From Terriglobales bacterium (GTDB lineage Bacteria > Acidobacteriota > Terriglobia > Terriglobales > Acidobacteriaceae): a stretch of 64,000 bases of DNA. The notes below the pieces were generated by a model. It saw only the letters and a list, made by a program, of their open reading frames with translations. It was not told the DNA's origin and did not search any database. Where the stretch lies: positions 12,626 through 76,625 of the forward strand of contig JBPYEW010000225.1 in NCBI GenBank assembly GCA_051984555.1, in the 5' to 3' direction. Position numbers and translations under genes: made by a program. Positions 36,099-45,871 of this stretch are shown piece by piece (the stretch's first letter is position 1; each line of letters begins with the position of its first letter).

Positions 36099-37544
36099 CT
36101 AACGGATGTTCATGACCAGGAGTTTCGGCTCGGTCATCTCTTCGATGGCGTACCGCAGCCCTTCACGTCCCAAACCGGAGTCTTTGATGCCACCATACGG
36201 CATGTGGTCTATGCGGAAGCTTGGGATGTCGCCGGCCACCAAGCCGCCGACTTCCAACTCCTCGTAAGCCTGGAAAATCAACTTCGCGTCGCGAGTGAAA
36301 AGCCCTGCCTGCAGGCCATAGGCAGAGTTGTTGACCTGCTTCACTGCTTCTTCGAAATCGTCATAGGGTTCGACCGTCACAACAGGCCCGAAGACTTCCT
36401 GACAATTCACCTTCATTTCCGGACGCGTACCCGTCAGGACGGTGGGTTCGAGAATCGAACCTTTGCGTTGTCCGCCGCAGAGCAACCGCGCCCCGCCCCG
36501 GACCGCTTCCTGCACCCACTCGAAGGCCCTTACCGCATCGGATTGACGAATCAGCGGACCAACATCGGTAGAAGGGTCCATGGGATCTCCGGTGCGCAAC
36601 TTCGCCACGCTGCCCAGTAAGACATCCGTGAACTTTCCATAAACAGAGTGCTCCACGAGAATTCGCTGGACAGAAATGCACGTTTGTCCCGCATAGCCGA
36701 AGCCACCCGCAACACACCTCTCCACAGCATATGAGAGGTCAGCGTCACTGTGGACGATCACCCCAGCGTTGCCGCCGAGTTCGAGTACCACCTTCTTTTT
36801 TCCTGCATCTCGCTTGATAGCCCAACCGACTGGGGCGCTCCCTGTGAAACTGACCATTTTCAGGCGATCATCCCTGACCAATACTCCTGCATCTTCATTC
36901 GAGAGTGGGAGGACGTTGAACCCGCCATCCGGCCATCCCGCCAATTGCACGACCTCGGCGAGCAGCAACGAACTGAGGGGAGTTTGAGGCGCGGGTTTCA
37001 GGACAATCGGACATCCCGCCGCGATGGCAGGCGCGACCTTATGCGCCACCAGGTTCAAAGGGAAATTGAAGGGGGTTATGCCCGCGATGGGCCCCAAGGG
37101 GAAACGACGCACGATTCCCCAGCGACCTGCGGTATATTCCTGCCAATCGAGCGGCAAGTACTCGCCGTAGATCCTCGTGCTCTCTTCCGCCGCAACTTGA
37201 AACGTAAACACTGCGCGTTCGACTTCGGTCCGCGCCGCCTTGATCGGCTTGCCCGCCTCTTGCGCCAGAGTGCGCGTGAACTCGTCCTTCCGCTCCTGAA
37301 TTGACTGAGCGATCTGCCGTAACACCCGCTGGCGTTCAAATGCGGGTAAGCGCCGTGTCGTCCCGAACGCTTTCACTGACGACGCAACCGCTCGTTCGGC
37401 ATACTCGCGCGTGCCTTGAAACACCTGCGCGATTACACTCTGATCGTATGGTGCGCGAATCTCGGCGACATCACCCTGCTCGATCCATTTGCCGTCAACG
37501 AAAAAACCTCGTGTCGTGACAGGTGTCGCCGTCATCTGAGACAT
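36099..37544 (-). CDS. NAD(P)-dependent aldehyde dehydrogenase
   Basis: VVLELGGNAG and the catalytic Cys context GQTCISVQR. The start is trimmed to ATG 37544 (MSQMTATPVTTRGFFVDGKW), because the upstream 87 codons of ORF 36099-37805 overlap the divergent amidase gene. Confidence 0.9.
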   Translation of the reverse strand: MSQMTATPVTTRGFFVDGKWIEQGDVAEIRAPYDQSVIAQVFQGTREYAERAVASSVKAFGTTRRLPAFERQRVLRQIAQSIQERKDEFTRTLAQEAGKPIKAARTEVERAVFTFQVAAEESTRIYGEYLPLDWQEYTAGRWGIVRRFPLGPIAGITPFNFPLNLVAHKVAPAIAAGCPIVLKPAPQTPLSSLLLAEVVQLAGWPDGGFNVLPLSNEDAGVLVRDDRLKMVSFTGSAPVGWAIKRDAGKKKVVLELGGNAGVIVHSDADLSYAVERCVAGGFGYAGQTCISVQRILVEHSVYGKFTDVLLGSVAKLRTGDPMDPSTDVGPLIRQSDAVRAFEWVQEAVRGGARLLCGGQRKGSILEPTVLTGTRPEMKVNCQEVFGPVVTVEPYDDFEEAVKQVNNSAYGLQAGLFTRDAKLIFQAYEELEVGGLVAGDIPSFRIDHMPYGGIKDSGLGREGLRYAIEEMTEPKLLVMNIR

Positions 37545-37629
37545 GGAATGGGCCTCCCCTAGGCTTGCGGCTGTGCCGATTATAGGCCTTAGCAGGTTGT
37601 CGTTGCACAGCGGCGACGCCAGAACAAGC

Positions 37630-39024
37630 ATGGCGAACGATACATCACGGCCAAGCACGATTGAACAAGTTTCGGAACGAGTCCGGAACCACTCCGTCTC
37701 GCCGGTCGAACTGACCAGGAAGTGCCTGGCTCGAATCGAGCAGCTCAATCCCAAGCTCAATGCGTTCATTACCGTGACAGCGGAACGGGCGCTTGCGCAA
37801 GCCAAGGCTGCAGAACAGGAAATCCAAGCCGGCCGCTGGCGTGGCCCGCTTCACGGTATTCCGATCGGTCTCAAGGACCTAATCGACACGGCTGGCCTGC
37901 GCACGACCGCCGGGAGCGCCGTCTTTCACGAACGCATCCCCGAGGCAGACGCAGAAGTCGTCAAACGCGTGTTGCAGGCAGGTGCCGTGATCCTGGGTAA
38001 GCAGAACTTGCATGAATTTGCCTATGGTGGGAGCTCACTGGTCAGCCACTTCGGCGCCGTCCGGAATGCATGGAATGCGGACCACATAGCCGGAGGTTCG
38101 TCAGGTGGTTCGGCAACCGCTGTTGCCGCGGGAATGTGCTACGCGGCAATCGGGACTGACACCGCTGGGTCTATCCGGGAACCTGCCGCTCTCTGCGGGG
38201 TCGTGGGATTGAAACCAACGTACGGGCGCGTAAGTTCCGGAGGCGTGATTCCACTGTCGATGTCTCTCGACCACGTGGGTCCGATCGCTCCGTCGGTAGT
38301 GGACTGCGCCATTCTCCTGCAAGCCATCGCTGGGTATGATCCAGCCGACCCGGCTAGCATCAACATAACCGTGGAAGAATATCGGCCTTCGATTGGTAGG
38401 AAGTTGGAGCGCCTTAGAATCGGAGTTCCGCGCTCGTTCTTTTATGAAGAACTGGATCCGGAGGTTGGGGCTGCCGTCGAAAAAGCATTGCAAACGCTCG
38501 GCACGTTGACCGGCGACGTACGGGAACTCACTATCGATGTTCCGACCGATAGATCCCTGCAGTCGGCTGAGTCGTATGCGTATCACGCCGCAGGGATTTC
38601 GAGACATCCAGAACTGTACCAACCGGAGACTCTGCGTCGTATCCGATCGGGGGAAGCCATCGGTCCGGATCAGTTCCTGTTGCTCAAGGCAGATCTCTTG
38701 CGCATCCGGCAGGAAGCACTCAATGTCTTTCGCGATGTAGATGTGCTTGTCACGCCCACTACCCCGGTTCCTGCGCCGCTGGTCGCCGATTTGACTAACA
38801 CTCCCGAGAATTTGCGCCCAGCTGAACTTCTTCTGCTTCGCAACACAAGACCCTTCAATATATGGGGGTTCCCAGCGATTTCTTTGCCCTGTGGGTTTAC
38901 CGAAAACGGTTTGCCAATTGGTCTCCAGATTTCCGGGCCGCCGCACAGCGAACCCCTAATACTGAGCTTGGCTGCTGCCTTCGAATCGGCAACCCCATGG
39001 CATCTCAGGCGCGCCGTGGTTTAG
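37630..39024 (+). CDS. Amidase (amidase-signature family, GatA-like)
   Basis: AS signature GGSSGGSATAVAAG and Ser-cisSer-Lys family layout. The start is trimmed to ATG 37630 (MANDTSRPS). Confidence 0.9.
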   Translation: MANDTSRPSTIEQVSERVRNHSVSPVELTRKCLARIEQLNPKLNAFITVTAERALAQAKAAEQEIQAGRWRGPLHGIPIGLKDLIDTAGLRTTAGSAVFHERIPEADAEVVKRVLQAGAVILGKQNLHEFAYGGSSLVSHFGAVRNAWNADHIAGGSSGGSATAVAAGMCYAAIGTDTAGSIREPAALCGVVGLKPTYGRVSSGGVIPLSMSLDHVGPIAPSVVDCAILLQAIAGYDPADPASINITVEEYRPSIGRKLERLRIGVPRSFFYEELDPEVGAAVEKALQTLGTLTGDVRELTIDVPTDRSLQSAESYAYHAAGISRHPELYQPETLRRIRSGEAIGPDQFLLLKADLLRIRQEALNVFRDVDVLVTPTTPVPAPLVADLTNTPENLRPAELLLLRNTRPFNIWGFPAISLPCGFTENGLPIGLQISGPPHSEPLILSLAAAFESATPWHLRRAVV

Positions 39025-39097
39025 CTGGAAAGGTTTGTAATCGCGAAGAGCGACATCAGATACCCATAAGCTCCAGGGGTGTCATGCACCCGCTCTT

Positions 39098-42000
39098 CTA
39101 GTCAACGGAGCGCACATCATCTGTGAGGAACATGACAAACTTGCAGCCTCCCGTCTCAGCCTTGCAGGAGAGCACCCCCCGGCGCAGGATCTTGGCCTGC
39201 GTATCATCCGGCAGACTTACGTTGTAGTTCATCCCCCGCAGCGCATCGGCCATCTTCTTGAGTTTCTCGTCGCCGCTGATGAACTTCACGCTCTCAACAG
39301 CCGCCCTGGAAGCCGAGGCGCTGAAAAGAACGAAGAACTCAGCGGTTCCGTCCTCGTTCGATAATTTGCCGAGATCGACCGAGCGCAATGCTTCTAATTG
39401 ATCTTTGTATTTGGCCGTGGTTGCGGAGATTCTCGAATCTCCGCCCACGAGTGCCGCCAAGCGAGATCGCGTTTCCGGCGCCGGACGCACAGCTTGCAGG
39501 GCAAGCGCATATGCTTGTATCGCCTTATCCTTTTCCCCCCGCTTCTCGTAGATTTGCCCGAGGTGATCACCGACTTCTCCGTGCTCACCGATCAACCATG
39601 CAGCGGAGACGTACTTTTCGGCGTTTCTGAGATCCCCTTTTGCGAAATACACCCAGCCCAATGTGTCCCAATAAGCGACCAGCGATGGCACAAGTCCCAG
39701 ATCGCGCACGCTGAGTTGTTCCAGAGTCACATTTCGCAGGCCGGCAGTAGTCGCGGCTACCGCGGATTCCGCGTATTGTTGTGCCTTATCGAGGTGAGCT
39801 TTCTTCAGTGACAACTGATAGGCAATGTTGTTCCACACCACCGGCGTGGCCGACATTTCAATCGCCTTGTCGAATGCAGCGAGCGCTTTGTCATCTTGCC
39901 CGAGATTCAAATAGGCATCACCCAGATTGACCTGCAATATCGGATCATCCGAGTTGAGGGAAACGGCCTTCTCTAATTCGGGTATCGCCTCGTCATACTT
40001 GTGCCATTCGCCGTACATGGTGCCCAGATTCGAATGGGCAAAATGATCGAGCGGGTTCACTTCTATCTGTTTGCGAAAAGCCTTGGTTGCTTGCTCGTAG
40101 TTACGATCGAGCCAGTACGCCCGGCCCATATTGTTGTACGCGAATTCGTCGTATGGATTAACCTCGGACTGTTTCTGGAATGCCGCAATTGCCTCTATCG
40201 TCTGCCGCTGGGCAAGGTAAGCATTCCCCAAGTTGTTCCACGCTGATTTGTGTTTGGGATCAGCTTCGACAGCGCGTTTCAACAATGAAACGGCCAAGGG
40301 ATAATTACCATTCTGCAGTGCCGAAAAACCGCTTTCGTTCAACTCGTCTGCTTTCAGGTTTGGCGGCGGAGTGGGATTTCCCGCAACGCTGCTCTCCATG
40401 GAGACATGCTGCACGAGATCAGACAAGACGGCACGGCGGAAAGCACTGTAGTCGCCTATTCTCGCAGTATCCAACTCGCGCTCGCGAAGGACCAGCCTGC
40501 GTTCCGCCGTGAACAGGCCACTGTCGAGCTTGTATGCTGCCTGATATTCCGCGTAATCCCGTTTCATCGCGAAGGGCAGAGGATTTTGCGCAGAGTACCT
40601 CGGGGGTAGCTGAACCTTGATCCGATATATGTATTCCCCGGGCGGGCCAAACTTGATGGGCTCCGCATCGGGCCCGCTATCTTCATCGTCTACATCGGCC
40701 AGCGGAAACTGGGAAAGTGGAAGGTCGAATTGAGACTTCTTTTTGGACCAATCGAAGTAATTTGCCTTACTGATCGTGTATTCGAATTCGAAGGCTTTGC
40801 GGGTTCCGGCGGGATCGCCGACTTTCAGGTCCGTTACCTCTCCGTCAAGTCCGCCCATGCTATTCATGTTCTCCACCATGCGTTGCCATTGTGGGCGGGG
40901 CACCCTACGGAAGATCGTACGCATGAGCAGTTCCGTATCTCCGCGCATGGTGTAATGAACGTGCATAGTCAACTTGCCGAGTTCGCTGACCTTCCCGTCC
41001 AGTTCTTCGAGTTGTGAATTTTGCATGGGCGGGTCCGCCGGAGTTTCCTCTAATCGGCCTGCACCATCGGGAGGGACCACCAAAGCTTGCTTCTTGCGAA
41101 GGTTGAAGGACAGTAGGCGATAAGGGGCGACCTCGGCGGTAGTATCCATCCAGATTTCGTCTTTTCCCAAGGGCAATAGAGTGATCACGTGGTCGAACTG
41201 TGACGGCGAAGGGACGTCGGGATCGAGTTTCCGGCTGGAGTTTATCAAGACCGAAGAAGCTTTGTAGCCCGCAGCATCCAGCATCGCCTCCAACAAAGTG
41301 TGCTTGTCCTTACAATCGCCGTATTGATTCTGAAACACGTCTCCTGCTGGATGCGGCTGGTATCGGGCAAGTCCCAGCGAGAGGCTTACATATCGAAAGT
41401 TAGTGGAAACGTAGTCATACAGGGCCTGGATCTTTTCAGAATCGCTGTTCAGCCCTTGGACCAATTCTCCGGCTTTGGCCTTTATGTCCGCATTCGGCAC
41501 TCGCCGATCGCGTTCCAGACCGGCATACCACCGCCCCACCTCCTCCCAACTGGGAAATGTGGTCATCTGAATGGTAGGCGTTTCCAGATCGGGCTTGTTT
41601 CTCTTCTTCTTGTCCTTGTCTTTATCGTCATCGTCTCGAACCAGGTTCGAACTGGTCCAGCGATACAGGCGACGATCCTTCTCGTCGGTGATTTTGGAGT
41701 CGAACCCAGCTTTCGTCTTGAGCTTGACCACCCGCTCTCGGGGAACATCCACGACGAGTTGTTCATCAAGAACGATGCTGCTCTTATCGAAGTCGTAGTC
41801 CATCCAGAATTGGTTCGGAGCCATAGCGGTGTGGATTACGGTAACGATGTCGTACTCCAGTTGCTCACCCGGTCGCAAACCCGGCACCGTAATGTGCTTC
41901 TGACGGTAATCCGTATAGACCGGCGCTTCTCTCTGCACGGGCGAACTCAAGTCCTGCACAGCATCCGGCGGAGCCGTTACGACACTTCCATTGGCTTTGT

Positions 42001-42295
42001 GTACTCGCACGTATGGGATTTCAACCCTCTCATTCGCCGAGTTGTAGCCGACCACGACTTGACCCCACTGGCTCACACCAGCTTCGCTCTGAACGCGAAT
42101 CCGGGCGTAGATCTCCTTTCGTCCCGTACCATCCTTCTCGAAACGGTAATTAGTACGGATCTGCTCTACGACGAAGGACTCCTGCGAGTAATCAGGCGAG
42201 GCACCCGATTTCTCCGATGGTTTACCTTCGGGCTTTTGGGCTACGCAGACAAGGGTTACGAATACGAGAAAAAGGGAGGAAAGCCGACGCGTCAT
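39098..42295 (-). CDS. Secreted DUF3857-like / transglutaminase-like cysteine protease core / TPR-repeat protein
   Basis: 1065 aa with the signal peptide LSSLFLVFVTLVCVAQ. The transglutaminase core Cys context is QYGDCKDKHTLLEAMLDAAG. The C-terminal third has multiple TPR-like repeats (AWNNLGNAY, AYNNMGRAY, AHSNLGTMY). Confidence 0.8.
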   Translation of the reverse strand: MTRRLSSLFLVFVTLVCVAQKPEGKPSEKSGASPDYSQESFVVEQIRTNYRFEKDGTGRKEIYARIRVQSEAGVSQWGQVVVGYNSANERVEIPYVRVHKANGSVVTAPPDAVQDLSSPVQREAPVYTDYRQKHITVPGLRPGEQLEYDIVTVIHTAMAPNQFWMDYDFDKSSIVLDEQLVVDVPRERVVKLKTKAGFDSKITDEKDRRLYRWTSSNLVRDDDDKDKDKKKRNKPDLETPTIQMTTFPSWEEVGRWYAGLERDRRVPNADIKAKAGELVQGLNSDSEKIQALYDYVSTNFRYVSLSLGLARYQPHPAGDVFQNQYGDCKDKHTLLEAMLDAAGYKASSVLINSSRKLDPDVPSPSQFDHVITLLPLGKDEIWMDTTAEVAPYRLLSFNLRKKQALVVPPDGAGRLEETPADPPMQNSQLEELDGKVSELGKLTMHVHYTMRGDTELLMRTIFRRVPRPQWQRMVENMNSMGGLDGEVTDLKVGDPAGTRKAFEFEYTISKANYFDWSKKKSQFDLPLSQFPLADVDDEDSGPDAEPIKFGPPGEYIYRIKVQLPPRYSAQNPLPFAMKRDYAEYQAAYKLDSGLFTAERRLVLRERELDTARIGDYSAFRRAVLSDLVQHVSMESSVAGNPTPPPNLKADELNESGFSALQNGNYPLAVSLLKRAVEADPKHKSAWNNLGNAYLAQRQTIEAIAAFQKQSEVNPYDEFAYNNMGRAYWLDRNYEQATKAFRKQIEVNPLDHFAHSNLGTMYGEWHKYDEAIPELEKAVSLNSDDPILQVNLGDAYLNLGQDDKALAAFDKAIEMSATPVVWNNIAYQLSLKKAHLDKAQQYAESAVAATTAGLRNVTLEQLSVRDLGLVPSLVAYWDTLGWVYFAKGDLRNAEKYVSAAWLIGEHGEVGDHLGQIYEKRGEKDKAIQAYALALQAVRPAPETRSRLAALVGGDSRISATTAKYKDQLEALRSVDLGKLSNEDGTAEFFVLFSASASRAAVESVKFISGDEKLKKMADALRGMNYNVSLPDDTQAKILRRGVLSCKAETGGCKFVMFLTDDVRSVD

Positions 42296-42397
42296 GTGGA
42301 AAACCTAAGCTGTTTTAACCGAATCAGTCGGCTGACGCAAGGGTGGCACTGGCAGCCCAAAGTCGCTGTCCATCCGATAGAGTTTGCCGTCACTTTC

Positions 42398-43198
42398 TTA
42401 TTCATCGACAACTGCATTGCGCAGGGTTCCCACACCGTGAACTGTAACCTCCACTACGTCTCCCGCAACCACTGGAGAAACACCTTTCGGCGTGCCAGTG
42501 GCTATTAGATCGCCGGGCCGCAGGGTCATGAATCGCGAGATGTGACGGATGACAACGTCCAAGGGAAAAATAAACTGCTGAGTATTGCCGTCCTGTCGAA
42601 TTTCACCATTTACGCGGGTCTGGACACTCACCCCAGACCACGGGTCCAGTCCATCAGCCACGAGTGGCCCAACAGGGCAGAAGGTATCGAACCCTTTGGC
42701 GCGGCTCCACTGACCGTCCTTATTCTGAAGGTCACGAGCCGTGAAGTCATTAACGCAGGTGTAGCCGAGGATATAAGGACGAACATCCTCGTCGTTCCGC
42801 ACGTTCCGGCAAGTCTTGGCGATCACAACCCCAAGCTCACCTTCATAGTCAGTGCGTGCAGAAATGCTAGGGCGAACGATGCTCTTACCGGGATCCAGAA
42901 GCGCCGAAGTCGGCTTCAAAAAGATCAGCGGCTCGACTGGGATCTCGTGTCCCAGTTCATCAGCATGCTCGCGATAGTTCCGCCCGACGCACACAATCGC
43001 CGAAGGGTTCACCGGTGCGAGGAGCGTTGCTTCCTCTAAGGACAGTGGCGTTGTCCTGCGACTGGGAACATCCTCTGGGTCGCCTCCGGACTGTTCGGGA
43101 CCCTTCAGGAGTACTCGGGTAATCAGTTCGCGCCCTCCGACTGGTTCGATCCATCCGTACTGCGCGTGACCGTCGAGTTGAAACCGGCAATATTTCAT
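42398..43198 (-). CDS. Fumarylacetoacetate hydrolase (FAH) family protein
   Basis: 266 aa. FAH-fold blocks are present: GRNYREHADE, DYEGELGVVI, LIATGTPKGV. Confidence 0.9.
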   Translation of the reverse strand: MKYCRFQLDGHAQYGWIEPVGGRELITRVLLKGPEQSGGDPEDVPSRRTTPLSLEEATLLAPVNPSAIVCVGRNYREHADELGHEIPVEPLIFLKPTSALLDPGKSIVRPSISARTDYEGELGVVIAKTCRNVRNDEDVRPYILGYTCVNDFTARDLQNKDGQWSRAKGFDTFCPVGPLVADGLDPWSGVSVQTRVNGEIRQDGNTQQFIFPLDVVIRHISRFMTLRPGDLIATGTPKGVSPVVAGDVVEVTVHGVGTLRNAVVDE

Positions 43199-43420
43199 GA
43201 ATGCTATCTAATCACAGCAGGTCCGTGATCACTACGAGGTTCTTAGAAACACCTGGCCCAACCTGTACCGTGCCTGGTCCCGGAGGCATTCCCAATTAAT
43301 CGTAAAACCGCCTCATCGAACAACCCGACGAAGCATTCAGCATCATAGGTTGAAGGTAGCAGTTAGCTAATCAGGCGTGCCACAGGTCTAATAAGCCCTG
43401 ACGCCCTCAGGGAAAGTTCA

Positions 43421-44761
43421 GTGAACGGAGAAGCGGCCCGGAATCTACAACAAGCCGGCGGACAGTTAACCAGTTGGCGGGAGAGGTTTGCCCAACCGCG
43501 ACATAGCCGCATGCGGTCAGCCCTAGGCCTGCTTGGCCCCGGCATCATCACTGGAGCCGCCGATGACGATCCCTGCGCCATCGGCACTTATGCCAAAACG
43601 GGCGCCGCCTTCGGCTTCTCTTTGCTGTGGATGGTTCCTCTGGTATTCCCCATGATGTCCACGGCGGTATACCTATGCTCCAAGATCGGCATGGTGAGCG
43701 GCATGGGTATTGCGGGAGTCGTTCGCGATCATTACTCGCGATGGCTACTCTACCCCCTGATCGGCGCCCTCCTCGTCGTGAATATCATCGGTGCCGGTGC
43801 CGACATCGGGGCTGTCGCGGCCGCTCTCCATCTTCTTATGCCGGTCCCAATAGCTGTGATCATTGTAGGTGTGACGGCATTGATCCTCACGCTCCAGATC
43901 TGGGGCTCATATGCCATGCTGCAGAAGATATTCAAGTGGCTGGCGCTGGCCTTGTTCGCTTATGTGGGCGCCGCCGCGCTTGCCAAGCCGGACATCGCCG
44001 CGGTTGTATGGGGTACGGTCCGCCCACAATTCCATTTCAACACTGGGTACCTGTCCATCTTCGTCGCCGTGGTTGGAACAACCTTGTCACCTTACGTGTT
44101 CTTTTGGCAGGCCAGTCAAGAAGTCGAAGAAGAGATTGCGATCGGTCGCCACCATGTTTGGCAACGTCGTGGCGCTTCCGATGAAGAACTCACTTATGCC
44201 GCATGGGACGTGAACATCGGGATGTTCTTCTCGACTCTCATCATGTACTTCATCGTGCTGTGCACAGCGGCCACGCTATTTCATGCCGGACAGACGAACA
44301 TCGATTCGGCCTATGCCGCGGCGCAGGCATTGCGCCCGCTTGCTGGGGATGCGGCCAGCCTACTCTTCGCGACCGGAATCGTAGGGGTAGGTATTCTCGC
44401 TGTACCTGTATTGACGACCGGGCCCGCTTACGCGCTTGCGGAGACCTTCGGCTGGAACCACAGCCTTGATCATCCTCCCAGCTACGCGTGGGAGTTCTAC
44501 ACCGTCATTGCGCTATCCACGGTCGTCGCGATGTGCCTAAACTTCATTGGGATTAACCCCATCACGGCCCTCTTCTGGGCCGGAGTTTTAGAAGGCCTGC
44601 TGGCGCCTGTTCTGCTTGTAGTGATCATGATTATCACCAACAATGAGGAAATCATGGGTCAACACAAGAATAGCCTGTGGTTGAACATCCTCGGATGGGG
44701 AACAACGACTGTGACCTTACTGGCAGCCGTTGGCCTACTTTGGACCTGGATCAAGGGCTAA
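43421..44761 (+). CDS. NRAMP-related divalent cation transporter (divergent subgroup)
   Basis: Polytopic, 446 aa. LGPGIITGAADDDPCAIGTY occupies the position of the canonical DPGN motif. The start is uncertain: GTG 43421 or ATG 43511. Confidence 0.8.
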   Translation: MNGEAARNLQQAGGQLTSWRERFAQPRHSRMRSALGLLGPGIITGAADDDPCAIGTYAKTGAAFGFSLLWMVPLVFPMMSTAVYLCSKIGMVSGMGIAGVVRDHYSRWLLYPLIGALLVVNIIGAGADIGAVAAALHLLMPVPIAVIIVGVTALILTLQIWGSYAMLQKIFKWLALALFAYVGAAALAKPDIAAVVWGTVRPQFHFNTGYLSIFVAVVGTTLSPYVFFWQASQEVEEEIAIGRHHVWQRRGASDEELTYAAWDVNIGMFFSTLIMYFIVLCTAATLFHAGQTNIDSAYAAAQALRPLAGDAASLLFATGIVGVGILAVPVLTTGPAYALAETFGWNHSLDHPPSYAWEFYTVIALSTVVAMCLNFIGINPITALFWAGVLEGLLAPVLLVVIMIITNNEEIMGQHKNSLWLNILGWGTTTVTLLAAVGLLWTWIKG

Positions 44762-45864
44762 GGAATCGCTTCGCTCGTTTCCTCTGAACGTCCGCTTTCG
44801 TTGCCTCGTAAGTCCACAGCAGATACCGAATAGGAATATGTGTGTCCGGTTTGGACCGCTGTGTCTCGGAACGCCGGGGTCTTGACGAGATCACTATTGA
44901 CCTTTGCCACCGGCGTACCCTCTTCGTGACGATAGATGTTGTACCCAGCAACATCAGCGTCGCTCACTGGCGGCCAAGTTAAGTCGATAAACGGCTGCTG
45001 ACCGACGCCTGAGGCAACCGCCTGGAGTCCCACGGGAACAGCGGGCGGGAATACATCATTGGCTGTAACAGGGACCGCTACTGAGTCGGCTCCCTCGACC
45101 TGAACCGTCGCGTCCCCTTCGCGGCCGACGGTTACCCCGCTTACGCGATATTCATACGTCTTCTGCCATTCGAAGCTGCGATCGACCAACGTAGCCGCCG
45201 TATTCCCAAGCCCCACTTCTCCCGCAATGGCATCTTTCTTGGTGATCGCGTCCCGCCGATAAACTCGATAGAAGTAGCGCATCTCGGCAGATAGACTTTC
45301 CGGCACAGCCCCGGTCCATGTGAGTACAACACCATCGGCGGTAACGTTCACCTTGACGTCTTGAGGTGCTGGAAGAGTCGGCGCAAGCGGAATCTGCACC
45401 TGGTTCGATAATCCCGAACTGCGACCATTGAAATTCTTGGTCTCCACCGCATAGCTCGCCTGTGATAACGGTCGTTGTTGCTGAAGTGCAGTCGGCAGCG
45501 TGTCGACATACGTGATCTGCACCGGAGCACCAGTCTGTTTGGATCTCGCAGCGGCTCGCTCAGGCATCAGATACGAAGGGGGCACTTGCCCGACCTGCCA
45601 GCACTTGTTAGCAGCCGCCTGCAGGCTGCGGCAGATCAGGGTTGGACCAAGATGCCGCACTGTTTGAAGGTCGGTTGTCTTCGTAGGAACAGTCCAGACC
45701 AGCGTAACCTTATCGCCTTTTCGCGTTGCCCGAAGGTCGGTGACAACATGCGGAAGTTCAAGAGACGGTGGCTCGGGAGGTGCGGGCGATCCACAGGACG
45801 TGAGCACTGATGCGAAGATCACTCCCCAAAAACTGCCAAGCCAGCGTCGTGGAATTTTTATCAT
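44758..45864 (-). CDS. Lipoprotein with fibronectin type III-like repeats
   Basis: Lipobox VLTSCG after a signal sequence. Beta-rich repeats (VTLVWTVP, VVLTWTG, IDLTWPPV, GYNIYR) are typical of Fn3 domains. Confidence 0.6.
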   Translation of the reverse strand: MIKIPRRWLGSFWGVIFASVLTSCGSPAPPEPPSLELPHVVTDLRATRKGDKVTLVWTVPTKTTDLQTVRHLGPTLICRSLQAAANKCWQVGQVPPSYLMPERAAARSKQTGAPVQITYVDTLPTALQQQRPLSQASYAVETKNFNGRSSGLSNQVQIPLAPTLPAPQDVKVNVTADGVVLTWTGAVPESLSAEMRYFYRVYRRDAITKKDAIAGEVGLGNTAATLVDRSFEWQKTYEYRVSGVTVGREGDATVQVEGADSVAVPVTANDVFPPAVPVGLQAVASGVGQQPFIDLTWPPVSDADVAGYNIYRHEEGTPVAKVNSDLVKTPAFRDTAVQTGHTYSYSVSAVDLRGNESGRSEETSEAIP

Positions 45865-45871
45865 TGCCGCT

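Noticed and set aside
36099-37805. The full 568-aa reading of the aldehyde dehydrogenase ORF. The same question applies to the long N-terminal extensions of sodC, hslU, uspA, amidase and purD in the ORF track.
   Set aside because: The family domains begin at internal ATGs. The extensions overlap neighbouring or divergent genes and have non-coding-like composition.
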